Positions 36,495 to 46,214 of a stretch of DNA of 64,000 nt are shown piece by piece. Origin of the DNA: Candidatus Magasanikiibacteriota bacterium (GTDB lineage Bacteria; Patescibacteriota; Patescibacteriia; Magasanikbacterales; UBA922); NCBI GenBank assembly GCA_035389585.1, contig DAOOSC010000001.1, positions 6,290 through 70,289 on the forward strand, in the 5' to 3' direction. The notes beneath the pieces were generated by a model. It had not been told where the DNA came from. It saw only the letters and a list, made by a program, of their open reading frames with translations, and did no database searches. Position 1 is the first letter of the stretch, and the number at the start of each line of letters is the position of its first letter. The translations under genes were made by a program, and so were the position numbers.

Positions 36495-37304
36495 ATGTCG
36501 GGGAACAAACTAAAAACTTATTTAGGCGTTTCGGGCGTCGTTGGTTTGGTAATTGTCCTGCATTTTGTAGGGGCTTTGAAATTTATTGAGAACTCTCTGC
36601 GTGGATTGGTTGCGCCAGTGTCACAAGAATTATACGGGATCAGTGTCAAAACAGGAGGAGAGGACGAAGTGTTCAAATCGATTGAAGATCTAAGATCGGC
36701 GTATATTGAAGTGGTGGCGGAAAAAAGTCGATTGCTTGTCGAGGTGGCCGAATTAGATCAATTGCGAGTAGAAAATAACATGTTGCGTCAGTCCTTAGGA
36801 TTTTTTACCTCAACGACTTTTCAGAGTGTCGGGGCAAATGTAATTGGGAAAAATCTGGATCCGGTCGGTTCGACTGTAGTTATTAATCGTGGTAATAATG
36901 ACGGGGTTGTTGTCGGTAATCCGGTCGTGACGGAAAATGGTGTTTTCATCGGTAAGATCGCTCGTGTCGAGGATCGACAGGCGGTCGTGCGTCTCGTGAA
37001 TGATAATCAAAGCCGTGTGGCCGCGACCGTTGTGAGTCGAGATAGAAGCATTGGGATTGTCGAGGGTGGTTATGGTATTAGTATCCGATTGAATTTTATT
37101 CCACAGAATGAGATCATTTCAGTGGGTGATGTTGTCGTGACATCTGGTCTCGAGGCGGGGATACCACGTGGTCTCGCAATCGGACGTGTTGAGGCGGTAG
37201 AAAAAGAATCTTATCAACCGTTCCAACAAGCCGTGCTTACCCCTCTCGTCAGTTTGGACAAATTATCTCTGGTGTCAGTCATCAATAAAATTGAGTATCG
37301 TTAA
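36495..37304 (+). CDS. mreC: Rod shape-determining protein MreC
   Basis: An N-terminal TM segment, a coiled coil, and a beta-rich domain. It lies immediately downstream of mreB. Confidence 0.75.
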   Translation: MSGNKLKTYLGVSGVVGLVIVLHFVGALKFIENSLRGLVAPVSQELYGISVKTGGEDEVFKSIEDLRSAYIEVVAEKSRLLVEVAELDQLRVENNMLRQSLGFFTSTTFQSVGANVIGKNLDPVGSTVVINRGNNDGVVVGNPVVTENGVFIGKIARVEDRQAVVRLVNDNQSRVAATVVSRDRSIGIVEGGYGISIRLNFIPQNEIISVGDVVVTSGLEAGIPRGLAIGRVEAVEKESYQPFQQAVLTPLVSLDKLSLVSVINKIEYR

Positions 37305-37314
37305 TTTGGAGCCT

Positions 37315-37851
37315 ATGCGTGAAATATTCAAGCTGTTTGCGGTGATTTTTGGTTTAATTGTTATGGTGTGTGGACAACTTCTGACGACATATTTGTCGCC
37401 ACGACCTTTTGATAATTTTAATGTGATTTTTTTTATTTTGATTTTGTATTTGATTTTTCGAGAGAGCGGTTTGGTGGTCTATCTCTCTTTGGCAGCACAT
37501 TTCACTGTTGAATTATACACGATCACGCCCTTTGGAATTGTTCTGTATGCAAGTACGATTTCCTTTTTGGTGGGTTATTGGCTCTACCGTTCGGTATTCA
37601 CCAACAAATCTTGGTATTCGGCGATTATTTTGAGTTTTATGATGGTGGGTTTTTTTCGTTTGTTATATCTGGTCATGGTTTGGGTCGGTGGTTATGCTTC
37701 GGTTGGTACCACACAACTCATGCTGGGTTCTTTTGCGTATGAGGCAATATTCACTTCATGTGCGGTCGGTCTCGTTGTATTTGTGAGCAGTCGGTTGTCA
37801 TTCCGTCTCAGTCCATCGGTGTTGAATAAACGGTTATTTCGTCCGAAATAG
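37315..37851 (+). CDS. mreD: MreD-like membrane protein
   Basis: A polytopic membrane protein of about 178 aa sitting between mreC and PBP2. The assignment rests on position and hydrophobicity. Confidence 0.55.
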   Translation: MREIFKLFAVIFGLIVMVCGQLLTTYLSPRPFDNFNVIFFILILYLIFRESGLVVYLSLAAHFTVELYTITPFGIVLYASTISFLVGYWLYRSVFTNKSWYSAIILSFMMVGFFRLLYLVMVWVGGYASVGTTQLMLGSFAYEAIFTSCAVGLVVFVSSRLSFRLSPSVLNKRLFRPK

Positions 37852-37852
37852 T

Positions 37853-39856
37853 ATGAGCAGTGATCATAAACAATCAATTTTTGGTATTGATGGTAGTGGT
37901 GGGGTTGGTATTCGGATTAAGAATGTTGCGCATGAAGATTGGGTGACAGAGTCGATGTATTTCGAATCACCAGATACGAGGCAAACATGTATTCAGGGGA
38001 GTTACCATCACATCAATTCGAGTTTCACTGAACGAAAATATAAAATTTTCGGTCTTTTTGTTTTGGTAGTCCTTGGATTAATATTTTTACGAGTGGCTTA
38101 CATACAAATTGGACAAGGAGCTGACTATCGAGCCGCCGCTGAGCATAATCGAGAGCGTTCTTTGCCGATCGTGGCGGAACGAGGTTTAATCTACGATCGG
38201 AACGGGATTGCTCTCACCAAAAATATTCCGAATTTTTCCTTGGCGATTATTCCTCAAGATTTACCAAAGAAAGCGGTGGAGAGAGAAAAAATTGTTTTAC
38301 GTCTCGCGGAGTTGACGATGCGGCCAGAAGGAGAAATTCGTGATTTGCTCGACGAGTATGGTTCGTACAGTTATGAATCGATTACCATTCGAGAAAATTT
38401 GGAATATGATCAAGCTCTCGCGATGATTATCGAAGCGGGTGATTTGCCTGGCATATACATCCAGCGGGGTAGTAAAAGGCTGTATGAGACGGATTTGAAT
38501 AATAGGAATTGGGATGGGGTCGCGAGTACTTCGGTATTTTCGCTTTCGCATATTTTGGGTTATGAAGGAAAGTTGAATCGGGATGAATTGAATAATTTAT
38601 ATGAAAAAGGTTATTTGCCAAATGATCAAATTGGAAAAATGGGTGTGGAGGATAGTTATGAAAAATACCTTCGCGGTGTTTATGGTAAGAAAAGAATTGA
38701 GGTCAATGCGGCGGGCAAAGAACAGTCGATATTGAGTGAAGAGGCGCCAGTGCCCGGTAGTCATATCAAGCTCGCGATCGATGCGCGTTATCAGGCCGAG
38801 CTCGAGAGTTTGCTCTCATCTTATTTGAAGAAGTTTAATAAGACTCGTGGTTCGGCTGTAGTACTCGACCCGAATAATGGACAGGTGCTTGCTCTCGTGA
38901 GTTTGCCAACTTTTGACAATAATGAATTTTCGGGCGGCATTAGTCAAGAAAATTATACAAAATATACTGAAAACAGCGATAAGCCCTTGTTCAATCGGGT
39001 GATTGGAGGAAATTATCCATCTGGCTCGACAATCAAACCCGCAATTGCGGCGGCCGCGTTGAATGAGGGGGTGATCACCGCGAAGACGGCATTTTTGAGT
39101 ACGGGCGGATTACGAATTGGTCAGTGGTTTTTCCCTGATTGGCAGGCGGGTGGACATGGGCTCACCGATGTGCGGCGCTCGCTCGCTTGGTCGGTCAACA
39201 CCTTCTATTATTATATCGGTGGCGGTTATGATAAATTTGTCGGACTCGGGGTGGATCGAATTGTGCAGTATCTCGCGAAGTTTGGTTTCGCGGAGAAGAC
39301 AGGCATAGACCTCGGTGGTGAGACAAATGGATTTCTGCCAAGTCGAGATTGGAAACAGGCGGTTCGAAATGAAAAATGGTATATTGGCGATACCTATAAC
39401 CTATCTATTGGTCAGGGTGACGTACTCGCGACCCCACTCCAGATCGCGCTCATGACTGCTAGTGTTGTGAACGGTGGGACCTTGTATGAACCACATGTGG
39501 TCAAAGCGATTGTCGATCCAGTGACAAAGAGAGAGATGCCGATTGTGAGTGTTGTGCGCCGGGTAGATTTTGTGAATCCGGCATATCTCAACATCGTGAA
39601 ACTCGGGATGCAGGATTGTGTGAAATATGGATCCTGCCGAGCACTCGCGTCTCTACCAGTATCGGCGGGAGGCAAGACAGGGACGGCGCAGTGGAATAGT
39701 AATAAAGCGAATCATGCATGGTTCACGGCTTTTGCGCCAGCCGAGAAGCCGCAAATCGTCCTCGCAGTGATGATCGAGGAAGGCGAGGAAGGAAGTCGAA
39801 CGGCTGTGCCAGTCGCACGTGATTTCCTCGCTTGGTGGGCGCGGGTGAGAAATTAG
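37853..39856 (+). CDS. mrdA: Penicillin-binding protein 2 (class B PBP transpeptidase)
   Basis: 'SGSTIKP' (SxxK), 'SVN' and 'KTGTA' are transpeptidase motifs. There is also an N-terminal TM segment and a dimerisation domain. Confidence 0.85.
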   Translation: MSSDHKQSIFGIDGSGGVGIRIKNVAHEDWVTESMYFESPDTRQTCIQGSYHHINSSFTERKYKIFGLFVLVVLGLIFLRVAYIQIGQGADYRAAAEHNRERSLPIVAERGLIYDRNGIALTKNIPNFSLAIIPQDLPKKAVEREKIVLRLAELTMRPEGEIRDLLDEYGSYSYESITIRENLEYDQALAMIIEAGDLPGIYIQRGSKRLYETDLNNRNWDGVASTSVFSLSHILGYEGKLNRDELNNLYEKGYLPNDQIGKMGVEDSYEKYLRGVYGKKRIEVNAAGKEQSILSEEAPVPGSHIKLAIDARYQAELESLLSSYLKKFNKTRGSAVVLDPNNGQVLALVSLPTFDNNEFSGGISQENYTKYTENSDKPLFNRVIGGNYPSGSTIKPAIAAAALNEGVITAKTAFLSTGGLRIGQWFFPDWQAGGHGLTDVRRSLAWSVNTFYYYIGGGYDKFVGLGVDRIVQYLAKFGFAEKTGIDLGGETNGFLPSRDWKQAVRNEKWYIGDTYNLSIGQGDVLATPLQIALMTASVVNGGTLYEPHVVKAIVDPVTKREMPIVSVVRRVDFVNPAYLNIVKLGMQDCVKYGSCRALASLPVSAGGKTGTAQWNSNKANHAWFTAFAPAEKPQIVLAVMIEEGEEGSRTAVPVARDFLAWWARVRN

Positions 39857-39976
39857 TTCAATCAGGTTTGAAGTGTGGACAAATAATTTGACCACACTTT
39901 CACTTTGATTTATACTTGGTACATACATATCCGCTGATGCGGTTATATTTTTTTAACGAGTAATAGAAGTAAAAAT

Positions 39977-40447
39977 ATGGAAGATAGAACTCAATATATT
40001 TCTCCGGAAAAAGCCGATGAACTGAAAGCAGAAAAGAAAGATTTGAAAGAAAATAAAATTCCCGGATTGGCCAAAAGAATCGATGAGGCGAGACAAATGG
40101 GGGATCTCTCTGAAAATGCTGAGTATCATGCCGCGCGTGAAGACTTGGCTTGGACACAAAGTCGTGTGAAAGAGATCGATTCAATCCTCGAACGTAGTAC
40201 CGTGCTCGGCGTACGGAAGAGTACAGGTAATGTGACTCTCGGTTCGATCGTCACTGTGAAGGTGCTCGCTACGAAAAAGGAGCGTGAATACACTATTGTC
40301 GGTGCACAGGAGGCGGATCCAGCCGCAGGAAAAATTAGTAATGAATCACCACTTGGTAGTGCTTTTTTCGGTAAATCGAAGGGGGATGTGGTGAGTGTGA
40401 ATTTACCGGCGGGAGTGCAGGAGTATGAGATTGTGAGGGTGAAGTAG
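39977..40447 (+). CDS. greA: Transcription elongation factor GreA
   Basis: 'GDLSENAEYHAAREDLAW' is the coiled-coil acidic-tip motif. Length is 156 aa. Confidence 0.9.
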   Translation: MEDRTQYISPEKADELKAEKKDLKENKIPGLAKRIDEARQMGDLSENAEYHAAREDLAWTQSRVKEIDSILERSTVLGVRKSTGNVTLGSIVTVKVLATKKEREYTIVGAQEADPAAGKISNESPLGSAFFGKSKGDVVSVNLPAGVQEYEIVRVK

Positions 40448-40464
40448 TAAAGTGCTGGATTATT

Positions 40465-40499
40465 TTTTAATAAAAAAGGAACAGCTTCGTCTGTTCCTG
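40465..40499 (-). terminator. Rho-independent terminator for the minus-strand gene, possibly bidirectional
   Basis: Stem ggaacag / ctgttcc followed on the minus strand by TTTTTTATT. Confidence 0.65.
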
Positions 40500-40505
40500 T
40501 GGGGT

Positions 40506-40838
40506 CTATGGGCGCGTTCCATTTGCCGCCTTTTTTTGTATCTTGGCGTATCGATTGACCGTGAATTCATACATGATGAGGATTTGTCCGATGTGGATCA
40601 TTTGGGCTTCATGGACAGGGATACCTTTTTCATATAATTTTGGTGCGAGAGCCTTTGAGATTTTATTCCTTGATATCGCTCTTTGTCGCTCATCTGGTCG
40701 GTAGCCGTGCCGGACGATGAGACCGTCGATCTGGCAAAGGATCGGCCCTTGTTCAGTCTCACCTTCGTGAATGACGAAAGTGATACTGGGTTTTCCCCCC
40801 TTGTCAGTGGTCTCTTGAATTTGAACGTACATTTCCAT
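40506..40838 (-). CDS. Hypothetical protein of 110 aa
   Basis: A clean ORF that ends 6 nt before a strong terminator. No domain was recognised. Confidence 0.5.
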   Translation of the reverse strand: MEMYVQIQETTDKGGKPSITFVIHEGETEQGPILCQIDGLIVRHGYRPDERQRAISRNKISKALAPKLYEKGIPVHEAQMIHIGQILIMYEFTVNRYAKIQKKAANGTRP

Positions 40839-40937
40839 TTGAAAACCTCCGAATTTAGTTAATTACAATATAGCGGAAAATTGCACATTTGTCAACGTTG
40901 GCATATACTATATAAGCTAAAGCTTAATTAAAAAAAT

Positions 40938-41333
40938 ATGGAGACATATAACTGGTACTCGAATCTGATCAAACCGAATTGGGCGCCGCCATCTTGGCTG
41001 TTTGGCCCGGTTTGGACATTTTTGTATATTTTGATAGCTGTTTCTTTCGGAAAAGTATTTTTGATGGTTTGGAACAGGCAAATCACCTTCATGGTCGCTC
41101 TACCGTTTATCCTCAATTTGATTTTTAATTTTGTTTTTACGCCGATCCAATTCGGTTTGAAAAATAATTTTCTCGCGGCGGCCGATATTTTACTTGTTTT
41201 CGGAACACTCATTTGGGCGATGGTGAGTATTTATCCGCACGCGCGTTGGATCGTTTATATCCAAATTCCATATTTACTTTGGGTGTCTTTTGCGACAGTT
41301 TTGCAACTGACGATCACTTTTCTAAATCGATAG
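40938..41333 (+). CDS. TspO/MBR family tryptophan-rich sensory protein
   Basis: 'WYSNLIKPNWAPPSWLFGPVWTFLY' matches the TspO signature. The protein has five TM helices and is 131 aa long. Confidence 0.8.
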   Translation: METYNWYSNLIKPNWAPPSWLFGPVWTFLYILIAVSFGKVFLMVWNRQITFMVALPFILNLIFNFVFTPIQFGLKNNFLAAADILLVFGTLIWAMVSIYPHARWIVYIQIPYLLWVSFATVLQLTITFLNR

Positions 41334-41378
41334 CACTAGCGTCATTGCATTTTTGTCAATCATTTGATATACTTAAAA

Positions 41379-41412
41379 CACTAATTTCTCGCGTAAAATG
41401 AAGCTTTATTTT
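41379..41412 (+). terminator. Hairpin followed by a T-rich tract between tspO and lysS. It may be a terminator or a leader structure.
   Basis: A 9-bp perfect stem gcgtaaaat / attttacgc with an 8-nt loop, then 'aaattttgctgtttt'. It lies 20 nt before the lysS ATG. Confidence 0.4.
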
Positions 41413-41431
41413 ACGCAAATTTTGCTGTTTT

Positions 41432-42934
41432 ATGTCAAATATTATCGAGGACAATCTCAACGTAAATGATGAGCGTGAAGTACGGTTGAAAAAATTGACT
41501 GATTTGCAGGCGATGGGAATAAACCCATACCCAGCTCGGGTGGGTCGCGAGTGTATGATCGAGACCGCCTTGAAATCGGCTGTAGGCGAGAAATTGCGTG
41601 TTGCGGGGAGAATTTTCATCAAGAGAGAAATGGGTAAGTTGACTTTTGCACATATGGCCGATAGTACCGGTCGAATTCAGCTTGCTTTCAAACAAGATGA
41701 TCTCGGTGCGGATAATTACAAATTGTTTTGTAAAAAAATTGATGCAGGGGATATTCTCGAAGTAGTAGGTGAGAGGTTCGAAACACATAAAGGCGAAGCG
41801 TCGATCCTTGTGAAAGAATGGCGTCTGCTCTCGAAGAGTTTGTTGCCATTGCCGGACAAATTTCATGGTTTGCAGGATGATGAAATTCGCTATCGCAAAC
41901 GTCATCTGGATTTTCTCGTGAATGAGGAAGCGCGTCAAAAAATGATGATTCGTTCGAAGTTGATTGCGCATTTACGTCATTTTCTCGAGAATCAGGGTTT
42001 TCTCGAGGTTGAGACACCTTATCTCGAAGTGGTTGCTTCCGGGGCGATGGCGGAGACTTTTGATACTCATTTCAATACCTATGATCTCGATGTGCATTTG
42101 CGTATTTGTGCCGGAGAATTATGGCAGAAACGTCTGCTTGTGGGTGGTTTCGAGAAAACATTCGAATTAGGTCGAGTATTTCGTAATGAGGGTGTGGATC
42201 GGCAACATAATCCGGAGTTCACCATGCTCGAGTACTACTGGGCATACGCAGATTTCGAAGATAATATGCGTATGCATGAAGAGATGATTCCGGCGATAGT
42301 ACGAACGACGCTTGGTACGACTACAATTACGATTGATGATCAAGAAATTGATTTTTCCGGGCCTTTCCCACGACATAATTTTCATGATTTGGTTTTAGAG
42401 CATTCCGGTATTGAAATTAATGACTACGAAGATTTTGCTTCTCTGGCGAAAGTCGCTCAATCCAAAAAAATTGATTGTGGTGGTATTACGGAGAGGGGTA
42501 AATTGATTGATGCGATTTTCAAACAAACGGTTCGTCCAAAAATCATTCAGCCGACTTTTGTATTGAACTATCCGGTAGAATTGAAACCTTTGGCAAAAAA
42601 AGCAGATGATCCGCGTTATACGGAAATGTTCCAGTTAATTGTGAATGGTTTTGAATTGTCAAATTCATACACAGAGCTCAATGATCCGATCGATCAGAAA
42701 GAACGTTTCGTCGTGCAATCGCAGAATAAGGTAGAAGGTGACAAAGAAGCAATGAACTACGACGCGGACTATATTGATGCGCTCGAACAAGGTATGCCAC
42801 CAGCGACTGGGACGGGCATCGGTATCGATCGATTCGTCGCTCTGCTCACTGGTTCGCATACTTTGCGTGAAGTGATCGCTTTTCCGATCATGAAACCAAT
42901 TATTGAATCAGAATTGTCCTCTTCGGAGGAATAA
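41432..42934 (+). CDS. lysS: Lysine--tRNA ligase (class II)
   Basis: An OB-fold N-domain and class II motifs ('FRNEG', 'GIGIDR'). Confidence 0.9.
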   Translation: MSNIIEDNLNVNDEREVRLKKLTDLQAMGINPYPARVGRECMIETALKSAVGEKLRVAGRIFIKREMGKLTFAHMADSTGRIQLAFKQDDLGADNYKLFCKKIDAGDILEVVGERFETHKGEASILVKEWRLLSKSLLPLPDKFHGLQDDEIRYRKRHLDFLVNEEARQKMMIRSKLIAHLRHFLENQGFLEVETPYLEVVASGAMAETFDTHFNTYDLDVHLRICAGELWQKRLLVGGFEKTFELGRVFRNEGVDRQHNPEFTMLEYYWAYADFEDNMRMHEEMIPAIVRTTLGTTTITIDDQEIDFSGPFPRHNFHDLVLEHSGIEINDYEDFASLAKVAQSKKIDCGGITERGKLIDAIFKQTVRPKIIQPTFVLNYPVELKPLAKKADDPRYTEMFQLIVNGFELSNSYTELNDPIDQKERFVVQSQNKVEGDKEAMNYDADYIDALEQGMPPATGTGIGIDRFVALLTGSHTLREVIAFPIMKPIIESELSSSEE

Positions 42935-42938
42935 GAAT

Positions 42939-43361
42939 ATGTCAAAAATAGTGATGGTATTCGGGACTTTCGATATCGTTCATCTCGGACATTTGCACAT
43001 GTTCAATGAGGCGCGAGGTTATGGGGATGAGTGTGTGGCGGTCGTAGCTCGTGACGTGAATGTGGAGAAAATTCGTGGTCAAGCGCCGTATAATGACGAA
43101 AATGCACGAGCAGAATTCCTCCGTTCAATTCGAGCGGTGGATCGGGTGGTGCTAGGTTCAATTGATAATCCGTATGCGGTCGTTGTGGAAGTGAAGCCGG
43201 ATATAATTGCGTTGGGTTATGATCAGAAAATATACGTGGATAAGTTGGCGGAAGCGTTGGTGAATTTCGGATTATCAACAGAGATTGTTCGGTTGAGGCC
43301 ATTTAGTCCAGATAAATATAAAACTACAGTTATAAAAAATTATTGTCAAAAACACATTTAA
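42939..43361 (+). CDS. Cytidylyltransferase-like nucleotidyltransferase, possibly a RibL-type FAD synthetase or an NMN adenylyltransferase-like enzyme
   Basis: The 'GTFDIVHLGHLHMF' (H/T)xGH motif. Length is about 140 aa. Confidence 0.65.
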   Translation: MSKIVMVFGTFDIVHLGHLHMFNEARGYGDECVAVVARDVNVEKIRGQAPYNDENARAEFLRSIRAVDRVVLGSIDNPYAVVVEVKPDIIALGYDQKIYVDKLAEALVNFGLSTEIVRLRPFSPDKYKTTVIKNYCQKHI

Positions 43362-43365
43362 TAAT

Positions 43366-44610
43366 ATGTTGGACATCAAATATATTCGCGAAAACGTGGC
43401 TGAAGTGAAAAAAAATTGTAGCGCGCGTCGTTTGCAGGTAAATGTGGATCGTTTGCTCGAATTGGACACCGTGCGTCGAGAGAAGATTCAAAAAATTGAT
43501 GAATTGCGCGCGGGGCGCAATCGGGGTTCGAAAGGTAAGCCGACGGATGAAGAAATTGCGGCAATGCGTCAGGTGGGGGATGAAATCAGGCGGCTCGAGG
43601 ATGAATTAGAATTGGTAGAGACTGAATACACAAATATTCTATTACTAATTCCGAATCGTACTCACCCCGAATCTCCGGTTGGTGGCGAAGAAGATTTTCG
43701 AGTGGTTGAGACGCATTTAGATCCGCCGAAATTTGATTTCGAAGCGAAAGATCATGAGACACTTCTGACGAATTTGGGTTTGCTGGATTTCGAGCGCGGA
43801 GCAAAAGTTTCTGGCGCCAAATTTTATTTTGTGAAAGACGATTTGGTGCGTTTGAATATAGCTCTCATCAATTATGGTTTGGATATAATTACCAAGTACG
43901 GTTTCAAAATTTTGGAAACACCCGATCTCGCGAAAAATGAGGTTCTTCTCGGTGCTGGTTTCAATCCGCGTGGTGAAGAAGCAAATATTTATGAGGTAGA
44001 AAAACATAACATGTCTCTCGTTGGGACGGCAGAAATTACCACTCTCGGTTTTCATGCCAATGAGATTTTGGACTTGAGTGATGGACCGATCAAATATGCC
44101 TCACTTTCGCATTGTTTTCGCACCGAAGCTGGCGCTTATGGACGGACAAGCAAAGGGTTGTATCGAGTGCATCAATTTTCCAAATTAGAAATGTTTGTGT
44201 TTTGTAAACCGGAGGAAAGCGAGAAATTACATGCGGAAATTTTGGAAATTGAAAAAGAAATTTTGAATGGTCTCGAAGTGCCTTATCGGATTATCGATAT
44301 TGCGAGTGCGGATCTCGGAGCGCCAGCTTATCGTAAATATGACGGCGAAGCGTGGATGACGATGAAAAATGATTATGGCGAAGTGACTAGTACAAGTAAT
44401 TGCTTGGACTTTCAAGCGCGTCGCCTCAATATCAAATATCGAAATGAAAACAATCAAACGGATTTCGTGCACACCTTGAACGGTACAGGCATTGTCACTA
44501 GTCGTTTTCCGATTATTTTGGCAGAGAATTTCCAACAGGCTGATGGTACGATTGCAATTCCTAAAGTTTTGCAGAAGTATATGGGGAAGAAGTTTATTGG
44601 TCGTGATTAA
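43366..44610 (+). CDS. serS: Serine--tRNA ligase
   Basis: An N-terminal coiled-coil arm and class II core motifs ('FRTEAG', 'GTG'). Confidence 0.9.
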   Translation: MLDIKYIRENVAEVKKNCSARRLQVNVDRLLELDTVRREKIQKIDELRAGRNRGSKGKPTDEEIAAMRQVGDEIRRLEDELELVETEYTNILLLIPNRTHPESPVGGEEDFRVVETHLDPPKFDFEAKDHETLLTNLGLLDFERGAKVSGAKFYFVKDDLVRLNIALINYGLDIITKYGFKILETPDLAKNEVLLGAGFNPRGEEANIYEVEKHNMSLVGTAEITTLGFHANEILDLSDGPIKYASLSHCFRTEAGAYGRTSKGLYRVHQFSKLEMFVFCKPEESEKLHAEILEIEKEILNGLEVPYRIIDIASADLGAPAYRKYDGEAWMTMKNDYGEVTSTSNCLDFQARRLNIKYRNENNQTDFVHTLNGTGIVTSRFPIILAENFQQADGTIAIPKVLQKYMGKKFIGRD

Positions 44611-44621
44611 AAATCTCCAGT

Positions 44622-46214
44622 ATGTCATATGCGTGGTTGGTGAAAATATTGTGGCTGGCTTCGGCTTTTTTTGACTACGCCGAGTTCACCTATTTGTGGC
44701 AGAAAGGGGATTATGGAGTGCGCAAGATCAGGCAATTTCTCCTCTCACATGAAGGACGGGTTTTTTGGACGCAGTATCATATTTTATGGCGGTCATTTTT
44801 CGGATTAGCCCTATTCGTTTCGCCCCTCAATAACGTTTCGGCTGTTTGGTATATTTTGACGGTAATTTTTGTAGCGGATTTGATATATAATTTGTATCGA
44901 GTCGCAAGTCGGCATTTCGAATGGCCGAGGATTACCCTGAAAAGCTTGGTGACAATTTTCCTCTGTCTTCTGTTCGAGGGCGGCGTTTGTATGTATTTAC
45001 ACGATTGGACATTTCTTTTTTTGTTTATTGCCTTGCGCTTTTTTATTTTGGGGGGAGTTATTACGGCATTGAAATTGCCGACTCGTTTGTTGAAGTCATA
45101 TGTGGTTGGACGGGCGACGCGAAAATTGATGAATTATAAAAATCTCCTTGTGATCGGGGTTGTCGGCAGTTATGGAAAATCCACTGTGAAGGAATTTTTG
45201 CGATCGATTTTGGCGGATAAATTCAAGGTGGTGGCGGTGCCAAGTAAGATCCGCACAGACATCGCTGTCGCACGTTATATTCTCGCCAATGATCTGACGG
45301 ACGCCCAGATTTTGGTGGTTGAAATGTCGGGGGCGCGACCAGGGTATGTGTCGGCATTGGCTCGGATGACTCGACCGCAGATTGGAATTTTGACTGGTGT
45401 GAATGCTCAGCATATTTCGTATTTTGGCAGTTTAGAAAAAATTGTTAAAGATAAATATAATCTTTTTAAATTTGTGCCGGAGAATGGCCTCGCGGTCATT
45501 AATGCGGATAAGAATTTTTGTCCGAAATGTTTGGCAGAGGTACATTGTCCAATTTACACTTATGGCGTAGATGATGAAAACAAACCTCAATTTTTGATTG
45601 ATGACATCAAACACGGAATTGATAGTATTACTTTTCGGGCGATTGTGGATGGTGAGAGAGTTGAATATCGGGCGCCGGTGAGCGGTGAGCATAATGCTTT
45701 GAATATTGCCGCAGGTTGTGCGGTTGGTCGTCATTTGGGGATGACGCAAATAGAAGTTACTGAGGCGATCGGGCGGCTTCATTTACCGGAAGGGGTGCAT
45801 GATAAGTATGTTCTCGGTGATACGATTATTATTGATGATTCGGAAAATTCAAATTATGAAGGTTTCAAGTCGGCTCTGTTTGTTCTAGGTTCATATTCGT
45901 CGGAATATCATAAAATTGTTATTACGCGTGGTATGACAGAGTTGGGTGAACACTCCGAGAAAATACACCATAATATTGGTGAGGAGATTTCTTTCGTGGC
46001 GGATGAATTAGTAGTCACTTCACGGGATTTTTTCGAAGTAATTCGCGATGGAGTAGGGAACCGTTTCAATACGACCACCGCTCTCATCGAAACAGAAAAA
46101 GATTTGTTAAGTTATTTGAAATCTGTTAGTGGTGGTAAGGCGGTAATTTTGATTGAAAATAGTATTTCTTGGAGAATAAAAAACTACTATCGCAACACTT
46201 TTAAGAGGATCTAA
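44622..46214 (+). CDS. murF: MurF-like Mur ligase with an N-terminal membrane domain of about 160 aa
   Basis: Five or six TM helices, then 'LLVIGVVGSYGKSTVKE' (the Mur ligase P-loop), then a C-terminal Mur ligase domain. Confidence 0.75.
   Translation: MSYAWLVKILWLASAFFDYAEFTYLWQKGDYGVRKIRQFLLSHEGRVFWTQYHILWRSFFGLALFVSPLNNVSAVWYILTVIFVADLIYNLYRVASRHFEWPRITLKSLVTIFLCLLFEGGVCMYLHDWTFLFLFIALRFFILGGVITALKLPTRLLKSYVVGRATRKLMNYKNLLVIGVVGSYGKSTVKEFLRSILADKFKVVAVPSKIRTDIAVARYILANDLTDAQILVVEMSGARPGYVSALARMTRPQIGILTGVNAQHISYFGSLEKIVKDKYNLFKFVPENGLAVINADKNFCPKCLAEVHCPIYTYGVDDENKPQFLIDDIKHGIDSITFRAIVDGERVEYRAPVSGEHNALNIAAGCAVGRHLGMTQIEVTEAIGRLHLPEGVHDKYVLGDTIIIDDSENSNYEGFKSALFVLGSYSSEYHKIVITRGMTELGEHSEKIHHNIGEEISFVADELVVTSRDFFEVIRDGVGNRFNTTTALIETEKDLLSYLKSVSGGKAVILIENSISWRIKNYYRNTFKRI

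Noticed and set aside
39857-39976. DnaA-box-like TGTGGACAA inside an AGTGTGG...CCACACT inverted repeat downstream of mrdA, considered as a possible oriC
   Set aside because: There is a single imperfect box only, with no cluster of boxes, no AT-rich DNA-unwinding element and no dnaA or dnaN nearby. It is more likely a terminator-like hairpin.
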